A stretch of DNA of 64,000 bases from Aureliella sp. (GTDB taxonomy: Bacteria > Planctomycetota > Planctomycetia > Pirellulales > Pirellulaceae): positions 2,336,001 through 2,400,000 of the forward strand of contig OY829846.1 of the NCBI GenBank assembly GCA_963691875.1, in the 5' to 3' direction. Below, in pieces: positions 20,018 to 31,896 of the stretch. Made by a program: the position numbers and the translations under genes. Below the pieces are notes generated by a model. The model was not told the DNA's origin and did no database searches. It saw only the letters and a program-made list of their open reading frames with translations. Positions within the stretch are counted from its first letter, which is position 1. Each line of letters starts with the position of its first letter.

Positions 20018-21604
20018 TCATCTTCCTACTATCGGTCCTGCGGCGGCGATTGCTGGGCTACTTTGCTGGTCAAAGGCACCGAAGTTCTCATGGAATAGCT
20101 TTGCTAGCTTGAGCGCTGCGACATCGTAAGCTTGCTTATTCAACCAAGTTTCCCTGGGCTGAAGAATTTCCGAGTCAACATTGGGACAAGTCGTCGGAAC
20201 CTGGAATCCAAAATTCGAGTCTTGGACCGTTTCCGCTTCCGCCAAAGCTCCACTATGAATGGCATCGATAATGCCACGAGTATTCTGCAGTGACATCCGG
20301 CGCCCTGTTCCGTAACCTCCACCGCTCCACCCGGTGTTTACGAGCCACACGTTGGTGCCATGCTGCTCAATCTTCTCGGCCAACAGCTCGGCGTACTTGG
20401 AAGGATGCCAGACCATAAAGGCTGCACCAAAGCAAGTTGAGAAAGTAGCGGTCGGTTCGGTAACGCCCATCTCCGTTCCCGCCACTTTTGCTGTGTAGCC
20501 ACTGATGAAGTGGTACATGGCTTGATCGGACGTCAGCTTGCTTACTGGCGGAAGAACCCCAAAGGCATCACAGGTCAAGAAGATGATGTTCTTCGGATGT
20601 CCACCGACGCAAGGAATCTTGGCTCTCGGAATGAACTCAATCGGATAAGCGACTCGCGTGTTTTCTGTGATGGACGCGTCGTCATAGTGGACACGATGTG
20701 TGGCTGGATCGTAAACCACGTTCTCGAGCACGGAGCCGAATCGAATCGCATCAAAAATCTCAGGCTCGCTGTTCTTGGTCAGCCCGATGACTTTGGCGTA
20801 ACATCCGCCTTCAATGTTGAATACGCCTTCTTTCGTCCAACAATGCTCGTCGTCTCCGATCAGCATACGAGCTGGATCGGCGGACAAAGTTGTCTTCCCT
20901 GTGCCGCTGAGCCCAAAGAACAAGGTCACATCGCCCGACTCACCTTCATTGGCAGAGCAGTGCATGGACAGGACGCCTTGACGAGGCATCAAGTAATTCA
21001 TGATCGTGAACACGCCCTTCTTCATCTCGCCTGCGTACTGCGTGCCGAGAATGACGAATTCGCGTTGCTCGAAGCTCAGATCCACACTCGTACGGCTGGT
21101 CATCTGAGCCGTATAGGGATTCGCCGGGAAGTGCCCTGCGTTGTAGATGGTATAGTCCGGCGTGCCGAAGTTCTGCAGCTCTTCTTCCGTGGGACGAATT
21201 AGCATGTTCTGCATGAAAAGAGCGTGATAAGCACTGCAGCAGATAACGCGAATCTTCAATCGATAGCGTGGATCCCAACCTGCGTATCCATCCGTCACGA
21301 ACAAGCGATCTTGCATGTTCATATAGTCGCAGGCGCGCTGGCGATTAATCATGAAAGATCGTTCGGTCAGCCGAATATTGATATCGCCCCACCAAATGTC
21401 TTCGGCCGTCGATGGAGCTTCGACGATTCGCTTGTCCTTGGGGCTCCTACCGGTCTTGTCTCCACTCCGCGTCGCCAACGCACCGCTCGACGCGATAACC
21501 GCATCTTCGTCTTGGATCGCAAACTCGTATAAACGGGCGGTGGTTGCGTTGCGGATGACGTTCTGAACACGAATGCCATAGGTTGAGAGGTCGATGGACG
21601 ACAC
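20018..21604 (-). CDS. pckA: Phosphoenolpyruvate carboxykinase (ATP)
   Basis: [42 protein letters not shown] and [10 protein letters not shown]. Confidence 0.98.
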   Translation of the reverse strand: MSSIDLSTYGIRVQNVIRNATTARLYEFAIQDEDAVIASSGALATRSGDKTGRSPKDKRIVEAPSTAEDIWWGDINIRLTERSFMINRQRACDYMNMQDRLFVTDGYAGWDPRYRLKIRVICCSAYHALFMQNMLIRPTEEELQNFGTPDYTIYNAGHFPANPYTAQMTSRTSVDLSFEQREFVILGTQYAGEMKKGVFTIMNYLMPRQGVLSMHCSANEGESGDVTLFFGLSGTGKTTLSADPARMLIGDDEHCWTKEGVFNIEGGCYAKVIGLTKNSEPEIFDAIRFGSVLENVVYDPATHRVHYDDASITENTRVAYPIEFIPRAKIPCVGGHPKNIIFLTCDAFGVLPPVSKLTSDQAMYHFISGYTAKVAGTEMGVTEPTATFSTCFGAAFMVWHPSKYAELLAEKIEQHGTNVWLVNTGWSGGGYGTGRRMSLQNTRGIIDAIHSGALAEAETVQDSNFGFQVPTTCPNVDSEILQPRETWLNKQAYDVAALKLAKLFHENFGAFDQQSSPAIAAAGPIVGR

Positions 21605-22015
21605 TAGAATTACTCCGAGATCAAGGGGAAAGAACCAATAGGAAGAGCGGGGGAGTATGTTTCGTCATATGAAGCCAAGAGGACGCCGGGATAATTTACG
21701 TCAGGCCAGAAGTTTGGGATTCTATTCCATGGAACAAAAAGCGAAAGCCGAAAACCTTCCAGTTCTTTTCAAAAGTTTTAATCGGCACCAACATCCAAGG
21801 AATCGCCCTTCTTTCGCCGGTGCATGCTACCGCAAATAGCCATGGCCCTGCTCGCAGTTCATGGGCTCTGATTAGAATCCGCCACCTCATCGCGCGCAGT
21901 ACTACGGCAACGCGCCGGTTGCTTGCGGGATAGTGCGGCTCAAGTCCCCAAGCACTGGGTCTCCTGGCAAAAGAGGCGGCGTATTTTCATTTTCGCCAAA
22001 GACTCCTGACCTAGG

Positions 22016-24016
22016 CTAGGAATAAGGCTTTCGCCCCTTGCGTCGATAGAAGAACTTAAGAACCAAGTCTTCACTTGGCGGCGCACTCAATAAGCAAACA
22101 GCAATCGCGACGATGGCGGACAGTCCCAAGCCGAAAAGAAATGGCGTGAGTCCTAACGGCTCCCAGGCTTCCATTTTACCCGACTGCAAATAGCCCACTC
22201 CGTACAAAACAATGTTACTGAGGAAGCCAGTCATCATACCTGCCAAAGCTCCCGCCGAATTAAAGCGTGGCCAATAGAGTGCCAAGGTCACTGGGACCAG
22301 GAATGCCGTTGCCAAGCCACTGCCGGTAAAGACGATGATGTCCTGTAGGAATTGCGGTGGATTGATGGCGGCTATCATCGCCAAGATGCCTACAACGAAG
22401 GTTGTTCCATAGGTAAGGATCTTGGTCGTCTTTTCCGTGGGATCTGGTTGAATCCACCGTACATAGATATCACGAATGACTGAGGAACTAACGAGCAGCA
22501 GACTGCTGTCCATCGTCGACATCACCGCAGCGAAGGGCGCGGCCACCAACAGCCCAGCCAACCACGGAACCCCGAACAATGAGGTCACTGTGCTGGCCAT
22601 CTCCGGCATGATGCGATCCGACTCCGCCTCCATCCCGGGCAGCAGAGTCCGTGCACAGCAGAAAATGATAACGATCGGAAAGTAGATAAGAGAATAGTAG
22701 ACGGAGACGGTAAAGATGGCTTTGCTCAAGGTCTTCGAATCTCGGAAGGCGATGCAGCGTACCATGTTGCTCGGCTGTCCCGCCCCGGCCAAACACCAAA
22801 AGAAAAAGAAAGAGATCGCAGCCGAAAAAGGTAAGAAGTCCGTTTGCTCCTTGATCTCGCTCTCACCTTCTTTACGCGTTTCCCAGGCCGGGCCTGGCAG
22901 CGAAACGTAACCTCCCGCTGGAACCTCCGGCTGAAGAATCTCACTCTGCATTTCATCCATCCGAAATACGAGCTTGCGATCGGCTTCGCTGAGTCCCAAA
23001 TCGGTCGGCAGAAGGCTTCCGGCCACCAAAGGCTGATCAGCATCCGACGCCACAGAAACCAACTTGCCTAGATCATTGAGCTTAGCGGCTTCGGCCAAAC
23101 GAAAGGTCCGTACATTGCCTTCGAAAAGCACGGCGAGCCGGGCGTTCTTGCTGAACGCACGCCGCTGGTCAATTGCCTCTTCAGAGACCGTCGATAGCGA
23201 AACCAACGGCAATGACGTCGGCGTATCGAGGATCAAGTCGTTTGTACTGTTCCTCAATCCCCCCACGGCAATCAACGTCATCGGCAGCAGGACGAGGATG
23301 CCAAGAACCATAACAAATCCTTGTAGCACGTCAGTCCAAACGACGGCTCTAAACCCTCCGTAAGTGGTGTAGACAACGACGCCAAAAGCAAAAACACCGA
23401 GGCACAGTAAATAGGCGGGATCGACGCTTGCAGTCCAACTTATCGACTCGGTGAACCCACCAAGGCTCGCCGCAGCTGACTGAAAGAAAGGAACGTCACT
23501 CAGCAGGGTTTGCAAAATGACACTGCCGCCTTTGAACTGCGCGATCAAATTGAAAGTCGTAAAAAAGACGATCAGCAGAGTTGCAAACAGCCCCAGTGTT
23601 GGACTGCGAAATCTCTCTAAGATCAAATCTGGAATCGTGATCGCATCGGTCTTTCGAGCGATCTGATTGAGTCGTTTTGCCAGCAGGCCCATCGCCACCA
23701 GCGGCACAAGCATGTAACTACCGATCCAGAGAGCCAAACTCCAGCCGTGAGTGTAGACTTTGGACGGAAATCCAATAAAGCTACCGCCCGAAGCACTCGT
23801 TGCAGCAAAGGTCAAGGCAAAGGCCCACACTCCGAGGTTTCGTCCGCCAAGAAAGTACTCCTTTAGAAAGGTGCTCTTCTGCGCCACGCGACTGGACAAC
23901 CACGCGAGAAACATGACTATGCACATATAGCCCATGAAAGCGATGATCGCAGCGTTGGAGCCTGAACTCTGTGCTAGTGGAATCGAGAAACTCAGTGAGG
24001 TGAACGACTCAAGCAT
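22016..24016 (-). CDS. Sodium:solute symporter (PanF-like)
   Basis: EYFLGGRNLG, SGGSFIGFP, GGFRAVVWTDVLQG and AAVMSTMDS; many TM segments; coupled to a DUF997 gene as in yhdT-panF. Confidence 0.9.
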   Translation of the reverse strand: MLESFTSLSFSIPLAQSSGSNAAIIAFMGYMCIVMFLAWLSSRVAQKSTFLKEYFLGGRNLGVWAFALTFAATSASGGSFIGFPSKVYTHGWSLALWIGSYMLVPLVAMGLLAKRLNQIARKTDAITIPDLILERFRSPTLGLFATLLIVFFTTFNLIAQFKGGSVILQTLLSDVPFFQSAAASLGGFTESISWTASVDPAYLLCLGVFAFGVVVYTTYGGFRAVVWTDVLQGFVMVLGILVLLPMTLIAVGGLRNSTNDLILDTPTSLPLVSLSTVSEEAIDQRRAFSKNARLAVLFEGNVRTFRLAEAAKLNDLGKLVSVASDADQPLVAGSLLPTDLGLSEADRKLVFRMDEMQSEILQPEVPAGGYVSLPGPAWETRKEGESEIKEQTDFLPFSAAISFFFFWCLAGAGQPSNMVRCIAFRDSKTLSKAIFTVSVYYSLIYFPIVIIFCCARTLLPGMEAESDRIMPEMASTVTSLFGVPWLAGLLVAAPFAAVMSTMDSSLLLVSSSVIRDIYVRWIQPDPTEKTTKILTYGTTFVVGILAMIAAINPPQFLQDIIVFTGSGLATAFLVPVTLALYWPRFNSAGALAGMMTGFLSNIVLYGVGYLQSGKMEAWEPLGLTPFLFGLGLSAIVAIAVCLLSAPPSEDLVLKFFYRRKGRKPYS

Positions 24017-24374
24017 CCTGCACCTCGTCACCATCCGTTTTCAATTCCGCCTCTGCCCCCACATTATCATCTTCAGCTTCGTCGTCGAGCGGATCATTTT
24101 TCATAAAACCAAAGCAGAACCAAGCGGTGACTATATTGGCCAGCAGCCACGGAAGCAGCACTCCCCAAGCCACCCAATTTGGCATCCCAAACATCGTCCG
24201 GATTCTGCTGAGATTCCCATCCTCAGGAAGGCGGCCGAGCAAGAATGATGCAGTGATACTGTAGACTCCGAATACAAGAAAAATTCCCATGATCACCCAA
24301 GCCTCTCGCCTCGAATGGACGAAGACAGGGTCAAGCTCATATTGGTCACTCTCATATTGGTCATTATCACGCAT
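24009..24374 (-). CDS. DUF997 (YhdT-like) small membrane protein
   Basis: SRREAWV, two TM segments, GMPNWVAWG and MKNDPLD; overlaps the symporter start. Confidence 0.8.
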   Translation of the reverse strand: MRDNDQYESDQYELDPVFVHSRREAWVIMGIFLVFGVYSITASFLLGRLPEDGNLSRIRTMFGMPNWVAWGVLLPWLLANIVTAWFCFGFMKNDPLDDEAEDDNVGAEAELKTDGDEVQDA

Positions 24375-24632
24375 CAAAAAAGTGCCTTCTCAGCAGGGCA
24401 AGTCCGCAGAGCCCGAGTGTTGGCTCTGCCATTCAGATCCTGAATCGTATCACGATTGCAAGCCGCAAAATAGCAGCAGGCTACCATAAATAGTCCACGA
24501 TGTAGGCCGATAACGGGCGCTGCGCTGTTACGGCTTTTCAAACGCCGTCCCACACCACCTTTCGGTTGCATTTGCAAGCTGCCTACGTCATCCTGTGACT
24601 CACATTCCTTTCCCACCCTCCTGGACTTTCCG

Positions 24633-25349
24633 ATGTACACAACTGACTGCGCACACAAGGCTTGGAAACATTGCTTCTTGGTAGTTGCCCTCACTACACT
24701 CCCTTTCAGCTCGCCCACATTGGCCCAAGAAGAAAAGCTGTTCGACGGCAAGTCGCTCGACCACTGGGACTTCACCAAGAACGGCTGGTACATCTCTGAG
24801 GGATCGATGACTTGCCGGATGCAAATGATCAAGCAAAAGAACGGCGACATCCGCAAGCGAGGAATGGGCTACATTTGGTCGAAGAGACAGTACCAGGACT
24901 TCGAGCTAAAACTATTTTATAAACTCTCCGAAGCGGCCAATAGCGGCGTTTTCTTTCGCACCGACAAAGACAATCCAGTGCAGGGCGGATTTGAGATCCA
25001 GCTGATGGACGATGCGGGCTACCAAAAGCGCAGCGGCAAGAAAGACCCAAAGAACCTCAACGGCGCATTTTACGATTGCCAAGCCGCTTCAAAGGACACG
25101 CAGAAACCAGCCGGCAAGTGGAATCAGTTTCAACTCACTTGCAAGGGCTCGAAGCTCAGTGTCAAACTCAATGGCGAGTTGGTCAACGAAGCTGACATCT
25201 CTCGCTGGGATACCGCTCGCAAAAATCCAGATGGCTCCGCCAACAAATTCAGAACTGCGCTGAAAGATCTCCCCCGCACCGGCTACATCGGATTCCAGAA
25301 TCATGGCCAACAAGTCTGGTTCAAAGATGTGACGATTCGGGGACTTTAG
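24633..25349 (+). CDS. DUF1080 / 3-keto-disaccharide hydrolase family protein
   Basis: LFDGKSLDHW, DFELKL, ANSGVFFR, FEIQLMD, GKWNQ and GYIGFQNHG. Confidence 0.92.
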   Translation: MYTTDCAHKAWKHCFLVVALTTLPFSSPTLAQEEKLFDGKSLDHWDFTKNGWYISEGSMTCRMQMIKQKNGDIRKRGMGYIWSKRQYQDFELKLFYKLSEAANSGVFFRTDKDNPVQGGFEIQLMDDAGYQKRSGKKDPKNLNGAFYDCQAASKDTQKPAGKWNQFQLTCKGSKLSVKLNGELVNEADISRWDTARKNPDGSANKFRTALKDLPRTGYIGFQNHGQQVWFKDVTIRGL

Positions 25350-26305
25350 GTAACTGTCCTGTTCTCACCTAAGGCCAATCATATCGCTCGATTTGCGAGT
25401 CGAGCTTAGCCTTTACGCATTTCCCTGACGACATCTCGAAACCAGGATTCGGTCACCTGGGGCCAACTAACACTAGGCAGGAATCGCCGGCGAAAGCCAG
25501 CACTCACGTCACGCTGCATGTTGCCTGATCGCAGCGATGAAACTTGGGGCAATTCCCTGCGTTTCGGTTTCAAGCAGTCGGCCCAACTGCTCATCTTTAG
25601 TGACGTCGTAACCAAATGTTTTCATGGCGAAAAGAAAATACTGATTGGACTCATTTACGGTGCATTCTATTGAACAAGCCGACGAAATATAAACAAAGCT
25701 CTCGTGAGTCGGACACACGCAGTGGGGCGAACCTCTGCTCCAAGTGTTCTCAGAACTCTAGCAGCAAACGGATTTCAAATTCCCCATGAAAGATGCCCCA
25801 TCCAAACTCATCGTCGCCCTTCAGAATCATTTCGACTCTTAACCTCCCTCGATCGTCGCAAATCTCCTCCGCAAAACAAACTTCGCGATTGCTCTCAAAT
25901 CTGACGATCTGCGTTGGCGGAAAGGAAGCCGCATATTCCGCAACTTGAGTCGCGGCGTATGCCGGGCGCCCCCAAGCACATCGCTGGACTGAACCACAGA
26001 CTCAGGAATTGCTGGACAGGTAACGATTGCTCAATGTTCGTTCTTCTTGGCCCAAAACTGTTTCACCGTTGCACCCTCTCGGCAAAGGGGGAATCAGAAG
26101 AGCAATATGTGAGCCGACATTGCTAGCCACGGGCTAACGCTTTCTTGGTGCAACCGGACGGTAGCGCGTCCGGCTCAGCTCACCAATGTGAAATAATGAA
26201 TGGCCCTGCCTCTCGGCATTCTTCACAGAACAACAGTCTAACATTTGCACTATAATACATGGCGACCCTCAACTTCTATTGCTCTTTCCTCCAAGGAGCC
26301 TCACT

Positions 26306-27583
26306 TTGACCTCACAACTCAATCGTAGAAATCTGCTCGCAACAAGCTCTGCCGTCGCAGTCTCCTCGTTTCTTCCTCGAACCAGTGATGCCAGTGGCCC
26401 TAATGAGTCCCTGAACATCGCTTGTATCGGTGTTGGCGGTCGTGGCTCGGCCAACGTCGGCGGCGTTGGAAAGGAAAATATCATCGCGATGGTGGATGTC
26501 GATGAAAAACGGGCCGGCAAGTCCTTTGAGAAGCACCCGAAAGCGCAGAAGTTCAAGGACTACCGCAAGATGCTCGACGGCTTGGGCAGCAAGCTGGACG
26601 CTGTGGTGATCAGCACTCCAGACCACACGCACTTCCATCCCGCATATGCCGCGATGCAACTCGGCTTGCACGTGTACTTAGAGAAGCCACTAGCGCACAA
26701 CGTATGGGAGACAAGGACTCTCACCGATCTGGCAAGCGAAAACAAACTCGCCACGCAACTCGGTGCTCAGCGACATGCGATTCCGAACATGCACCGCGTA
26801 GTGGAGCTGATTCAGTCAGGAGCAATCGGGAAAGTCACTGAGGTCCACAGTTGGGTCGGTGGAAGTCGCGGCATGCCCGCGATTCCCAAGGACAAACCGC
26901 CTGTTCCTGCCACTTTGGATTACGACCTCTGGCTTGGGCCAGTTGCGGGACGACCTTACCATCCAAGCTTCTGCCCATATGGCTGGCGATTTTGGTGGGA
27001 CTTTGGAACAGGCGAGACCGGCAATTGGGGATGTCACATTTTGGACATTCCATTCTGGGCCTTGGGGCTCAAGTATCCGTCTCGCGTGAAAGCAGCTGGA
27101 CCTGAGCCCGACCGAGAGCGAACGAGCAAGGCGATGCACTGCGAATACTTGTTCCCGACCTCGAATCAGAATTCAATGGTGAAGCTGCATTGGTATCACG
27201 GGAAACCTCCCATTCTCGAAAAGTTGGGTGTGCCTGAGAAAGGCAACAATACTTTGTTTATAGGAGAGCAGGGTATGCTGGCCTGCGGTTTCAGCAAGTT
27301 GCAGTTGCTTCCCGAAGAAAAGTTCCAGAACTTCACAGCTCCCGACAAATTCATTCCCGACTCGCCAGGATTCCATCGTGAGTGGATCAACGCTTGCAAA
27401 GGTGGTGATCCTGCGACTTGCAATTTCGATTACTCGGGCCCGCTTGCCGAAACCGTTTTGCTAGGAAATGTTGCTTTCCGCGCTGGTAACTTCGAGTGGG
27501 ATTCGGAGAACTTGAAGACCAAAGGCAATGAAAAAGCCCAAGCCTTGATTCGCGAATCCTATCGCTCGGGGTGGGAAGTTTAG
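26306..27583 (+). CDS. Gfo/Idh/MocA oxidoreductase with Tat signal
   Basis: LNRRNLL, IGVGGRG, STPDHTH, HVYLEKPLA, LDYDLWLGP and GNWGCHILD. TTG start behind AAGGAG. Confidence 0.93.
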   Translation: MTSQLNRRNLLATSSAVAVSSFLPRTSDASGPNESLNIACIGVGGRGSANVGGVGKENIIAMVDVDEKRAGKSFEKHPKAQKFKDYRKMLDGLGSKLDAVVISTPDHTHFHPAYAAMQLGLHVYLEKPLAHNVWETRTLTDLASENKLATQLGAQRHAIPNMHRVVELIQSGAIGKVTEVHSWVGGSRGMPAIPKDKPPVPATLDYDLWLGPVAGRPYHPSFCPYGWRFWWDFGTGETGNWGCHILDIPFWALGLKYPSRVKAAGPEPDRERTSKAMHCEYLFPTSNQNSMVKLHWYHGKPPILEKLGVPEKGNNTLFIGEQGMLACGFSKLQLLPEEKFQNFTAPDKFIPDSPGFHREWINACKGGDPATCNFDYSGPLAETVLLGNVAFRAGNFEWDSENLKTKGNEKAQALIRESYRSGWEV

Positions 27584-27951
27584 CAGTCCGTCGGTCGAAA
27601 ACGAGGGAAAGGCCGCGGTGCTGTTTCGGAAACGCAAAGACACGCGTCACCCAAGGCATCAACCCTAGCGGAAGTCGTCAAGACTTTCGACAGTCATCCG
27701 ACGCGATGCCACGCGAACTTGGACGAAGACACCAAGCCCTTGACAAGCTCAGCTACTCGAATCTGCGATGAATAAGCAGCTGAGCTTTGACGGCTTCCGC
27801 TACTACAAGGGGCGACCACTGTGCTCAGAAAGTACAATTCCATACGGTGTTCGGCGAAGACTCGGCGGGCCGAACAATGTATCACCGACTTAATACGCGG
27901 ATGTTCTTCCAGCTTGCCAATTTTAGCAACTCAGTCGTACAAAGAGCCTTA

Positions 27952-30324
27952 ATGCACCAAGTTCCTTTTCTGCTCGCAGCACGCTGTTTCGTTATTCTCT
28001 TCGGCGTTCTCAGGTTAACTACATGCGACGCTCAAGAAGTAGACTTTGCACGCGACATTCGGCCACTGCTCTCTGATCGTTGTTTTTCCTGTCACGGCCC
28101 AGACGAGGCGCACCGTGAAGCCAACCTGCGCTTCGATGCGCTCGAAAGCCTGACTGAAGATCGTGGCGGCTACTATGTGCTGAAGCCTGGTGATTCAGTC
28201 GCTAGCGAACTGATGAAACGAATTCTCTCGGACGATGAGTTCGAAGTGATGCCTCCACCGGAAATAGGTAAACCACTGAACGAAGCAGAGAAAGGGCTGA
28301 TTCGTAAGTGGATTGATCAAGGTGCAAAGTGGGCCAAGCACTGGGCCTACGAACCACCGCGTACGTCACCGACACCAAAGTTACCTACGGCTCAGGCAGA
28401 ACGAGCAAAGAACTGGATCGACCACTACATTGCCAGTGATCTCCAGAAGCTTGGACGCAAAATGTCAGCTCGCGCGAAGGACGTGACCTTGCTCCGTCGC
28501 CTTTCCTTCGACTTGACTGGTTTGCCACCGGGAGAGGGAGCGGACGTTAGCTCAGTCAGCGAAGCAAACTATGCAGATTCCGTCGATCAACTCCTAGCGA
28601 GCCCTGCATTTGGCGAACGCATGGCAATCTACTGGTTGGACTTGGTACGTTTCGCTGACACCGTCGGATACCACGGCGATCAAGATCACAACATTACGCC
28701 CTACCGTGATTACGTCATCAACGCCTTCAATGACAATTTGCCCTTCGATCAATTCACGATCGATCAGCTCGCAGGCGACCTTCTAGACTCGCCGAGCGAA
28801 GAGCAAATCGTTGCCACCGGATACAACCGGCTACTGCAAACCTCGCACGAAGGCGGCGTGCAGCCGGCGGAATATTTGGCGATCTACCAAGCCGATCGAG
28901 TCCGCAACGTTTCGGCCGTCTGGTTTGGCGCGACCATCGGCTGTGCTCAATGCCATGATCACAAGTACGATCCCTTCACGGCCAGGGACTTTTACTCGCT
29001 TGCGGCATTCTTCGCGGACGTAGACGAAGCACAGCATTTCAAGGTGGGCAGTAACTCTCTGCCTACCAAACGGCCACCGGAAATCGATGTTCTGACTCGC
29101 GCACAGCAGTTGCTGCAAGCCAATCTTCAGGCTGAACTCCAAGACGCGGCCACCTCAAGCCAAAAGTCGCTCAAAGCCGCTTTGGAACAACTGGAGAAAT
29201 CGAAGCACCGCACGATGGTTACTCAATCCATCGAGCCGCGATTGGTGCGTTTCCTGCCCCGTGGAGATTGGCTCGACGACAGCGGCGAGGCGATGCAACC
29301 TTCCGTTCCAGAGTTCATGGGAGACCTAGACTTGGCCAGTCGCCCAACTCGACTCGATCTCGCGCATTGGTTGGTAGACACCCAAGCGAAATCGTCCCCA
29401 GGCTACCTAACAGCTCGCGTTTTTGTGAACCGACTGTGGATGCTATTTTTCGGCGAAGGTCTTTCACGGAGCGTCGAAGATTTTGGAGGTCAAGGCGAGG
29501 CGCCGACGCATCCAGAGTTGCTCGATCGCTTGGCCATCGAATTTGTTCGATCGGGCTGGGATGTGAAACACATGGTTCGCTTGATCGTCGCGAGCCAAAC
29601 TTACCAACAGTCCTCCCTGGAGACTTCTTGGCACCGCAAACACGATCCTGAGAACCGACTGCTCTCTCGCCAACACCGTTTTCGCTTGCCAGCAGAAATG
29701 GTTCGCGACGTGTCTTTGAGTTGCTCGAATCTGATGTTGCGACAGATCGGTGGCAGCAGTGTCAAGCCATATCAGCCAGCCGGCTACTATCGGCACCTCA
29801 ATTTCCCGACTCGCAAGTACGCTGCGTCAACAGATCCCGGTCAGTGGCGTCGCGGCCTTTACGTTCACTGGCAGCGTCAGTTCCTGCATCCCATGCTTCG
29901 AGCCTTTGATGCTCCAACTCGAGAGGAATGCACGGCCAAGCGTACCCGGTCCAATACACCGCTCGCCGCGCTGGTGTGGCTGAACGACCCAAGCTTCATC
30001 GAAGCTGCCAAGCACTTTGCGGCCGAACAGTTGGAACAATTTAGCGCAACAGAAATGGATAGCAAAGAAGCTCGCAAGGCTGGGATTCGCAAAATGTTCC
30101 GCCGAGCAACTTCGCGAGAGCCTGACGCGGAAGAGATAGCCAGTCTGTTGGGTCTGTTGGAGGTATCGGAGGTTGCTTTCGGGGCCGACGAAAAGGCTGC
30201 AGAAGAGCTGCTTTCGGTTGGCTCCTTGACACGGCAGTCGAAACATTCCAAAGCAACTTGGGCTGCATGGACGATGTTGGCGCGAGCGATCTTGAACTTG
30301 AACGAAACTTACACGCGGAATTAA
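27952..30324 (+). CDS. Planctomycete cytochrome c + DUF1549/DUF1553 (PSD1) protein
   Basis: DFARDIRPLLSDRCFSCHGPD, HWAYEPP, WLDLVRFADT, CAQCHDHKYDP, PTHPELLD and SNTPLAAL. Start uncertain. Confidence 0.92.
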   Translation: MHQVPFLLAARCFVILFGVLRLTTCDAQEVDFARDIRPLLSDRCFSCHGPDEAHREANLRFDALESLTEDRGGYYVLKPGDSVASELMKRILSDDEFEVMPPPEIGKPLNEAEKGLIRKWIDQGAKWAKHWAYEPPRTSPTPKLPTAQAERAKNWIDHYIASDLQKLGRKMSARAKDVTLLRRLSFDLTGLPPGEGADVSSVSEANYADSVDQLLASPAFGERMAIYWLDLVRFADTVGYHGDQDHNITPYRDYVINAFNDNLPFDQFTIDQLAGDLLDSPSEEQIVATGYNRLLQTSHEGGVQPAEYLAIYQADRVRNVSAVWFGATIGCAQCHDHKYDPFTARDFYSLAAFFADVDEAQHFKVGSNSLPTKRPPEIDVLTRAQQLLQANLQAELQDAATSSQKSLKAALEQLEKSKHRTMVTQSIEPRLVRFLPRGDWLDDSGEAMQPSVPEFMGDLDLASRPTRLDLAHWLVDTQAKSSPGYLTARVFVNRLWMLFFGEGLSRSVEDFGGQGEAPTHPELLDRLAIEFVRSGWDVKHMVRLIVASQTYQQSSLETSWHRKHDPENRLLSRQHRFRLPAEMVRDVSLSCSNLMLRQIGGSSVKPYQPAGYYRHLNFPTRKYAASTDPGQWRRGLYVHWQRQFLHPMLRAFDAPTREECTAKRTRSNTPLAALVWLNDPSFIEAAKHFAAEQLEQFSATEMDSKEARKAGIRKMFRRATSREPDAEEIASLLGLLEVSEVAFGADEKAAEELLSVGSLTRQSKHSKATWAAWTMLARAILNLNETYTRN

Positions 30325-30327
30325 CTG

Positions 30328-31896
30328 ATGTTGAACAGTTTCCTGAATGCAGAGCAAGGAATGGATGCGTTAGGCGACCGGCAGAAGAGCTTGTGCCAAT
30401 GTGAGGTGGATTCGCGCAAACAAACACTGCGTGAAAACGGACTTGGTCTGGCTGATTCTGACTCGCTTTCTGCCTTATCACGGCTGAGGCGTCGGAGTTT
30501 TCTTTCGCAGCTCGGAGTCGGCTTCGGTAGCATCGCCGCTTTGAATTTGCTAGCACGAAATACTGTCGCCACAGATGTGGGCTTGCCCGCCGGAGCAACC
30601 GGAGCAAAAGCTCCGCCGCATATTCCTGCGAAGGTTAAGCGTGTCATCTTCCTCTACATGTCTGGTGGGCCCTCGCACCTGGAGACGTTCGATTACAAGC
30701 CGGAGCTCGACAAACTCGACGGCAAGGAGATGCCAAGCTCTTTCACCGAAGGACAACCGATCGCACAACTGCAAGGCAAAGCACTGAAGGTACAAGGGCA
30801 CCTCAGCAAGTTTTCGCAGTACGGAGAGAATGGCACTTGGATCAGCGACTTCCTGCCTCATCATCAGCGGATCGCAGACAGAATCTGCGTTATCAAGTCG
30901 ATGGTGACGGAGCAGATCAACCACGATCCAGCACACACATTCATGAACACCGGAACGGCCATCAGCGGTCGGCCTTCGATGGGATCGTGGATCAACTATG
31001 GCTTGGGCAGCGAGTGTGACAACTTGCCCGGCTTTGTGGTAATGACAAGCGTTGGAGGCCGCAATCCCCAGCCAATTGCGGCGCGACAATGGGCGGCCGG
31101 CTTTTTACCAAGCCGCTACCAAGGCGCCGAATTCAGTAGCAGCGGCGATCCTGTGAACTACGTCAGGAGACCGCCAGGCGTCTCAGAAGACCTCCAAGCC
31201 AAACTGATTCAGTCCATCCGTAGCTTGGATAAGCACCGCAATCAATTTGTCGACAATCCGGAACTCGCCACACGCATCTCAGCCTACGAACTCGCCTTTA
31301 GAATGCAGAGTTCTGTTCCTGAGCTGATGGACATGTCGGACGAACCGCAAAGCATGCTGGATCGCTACGGTGCCAAGCCAGGTGACGGCTCCTTTGCCTC
31401 CAACTGCTTACTCGCTCGACGCTTGGCCGAGCGTGGTGTGCGATTCATTCAGCTTTATCACCGCGGCTGGGATCACCATGGTGGGCTCGTGAAGTACATG
31501 AACACATGCTGCAGCCTGACCGATCAGCCGACAGCCGCTCTACTAGAGGATCTCGAAGAACGCGGCATGCTCGAAGACACGCTTGTGATCTGGGGTGGCG
31601 AATTCGGGCGTACCCCAATGTTCCAAGGCAAGGGTGGTGCGGGACGCGATCACCACATCAAGGGCTTTAGTATGTGGATGGCCGGTGGCGGCATCAAACC
31701 AGGAATTAGCCACGGCGCGACCGACGAACTCGGCTACAATTCCGTAGAAGACGTGGTGCATATACGCGATCTCCACGCCACAATCCTTCATCAACTTGGG
31801 ATCGACCACAACCGCCTCACCGTACCCTACCAAGGCCTCGACATGAAGCTCACTGGTGTAGAAGAAGCCCGCGTTGTGAAAGAAATCCTCGTTTAG
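30328..31896 (+). CDS. DUF1501 (sulfatase-like) protein with Tat-type motif
   Basis: RRRSFL, IFLYMSGGPSHLETFDYKP, CLLARRLAERGVRF, WGGEFGRTP and RDLHATILH. Start uncertain. Confidence 0.93.
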   Translation: MLNSFLNAEQGMDALGDRQKSLCQCEVDSRKQTLRENGLGLADSDSLSALSRLRRRSFLSQLGVGFGSIAALNLLARNTVATDVGLPAGATGAKAPPHIPAKVKRVIFLYMSGGPSHLETFDYKPELDKLDGKEMPSSFTEGQPIAQLQGKALKVQGHLSKFSQYGENGTWISDFLPHHQRIADRICVIKSMVTEQINHDPAHTFMNTGTAISGRPSMGSWINYGLGSECDNLPGFVVMTSVGGRNPQPIAARQWAAGFLPSRYQGAEFSSSGDPVNYVRRPPGVSEDLQAKLIQSIRSLDKHRNQFVDNPELATRISAYELAFRMQSSVPELMDMSDEPQSMLDRYGAKPGDGSFASNCLLARRLAERGVRFIQLYHRGWDHHGGLVKYMNTCCSLTDQPTAALLEDLEERGMLEDTLVIWGGEFGRTPMFQGKGGAGRDHHIKGFSMWMAGGGIKPGISHGATDELGYNSVEDVVHIRDLHATILHQLGIDHNRLTVPYQGLDMKLTGVEEARVVKEILV

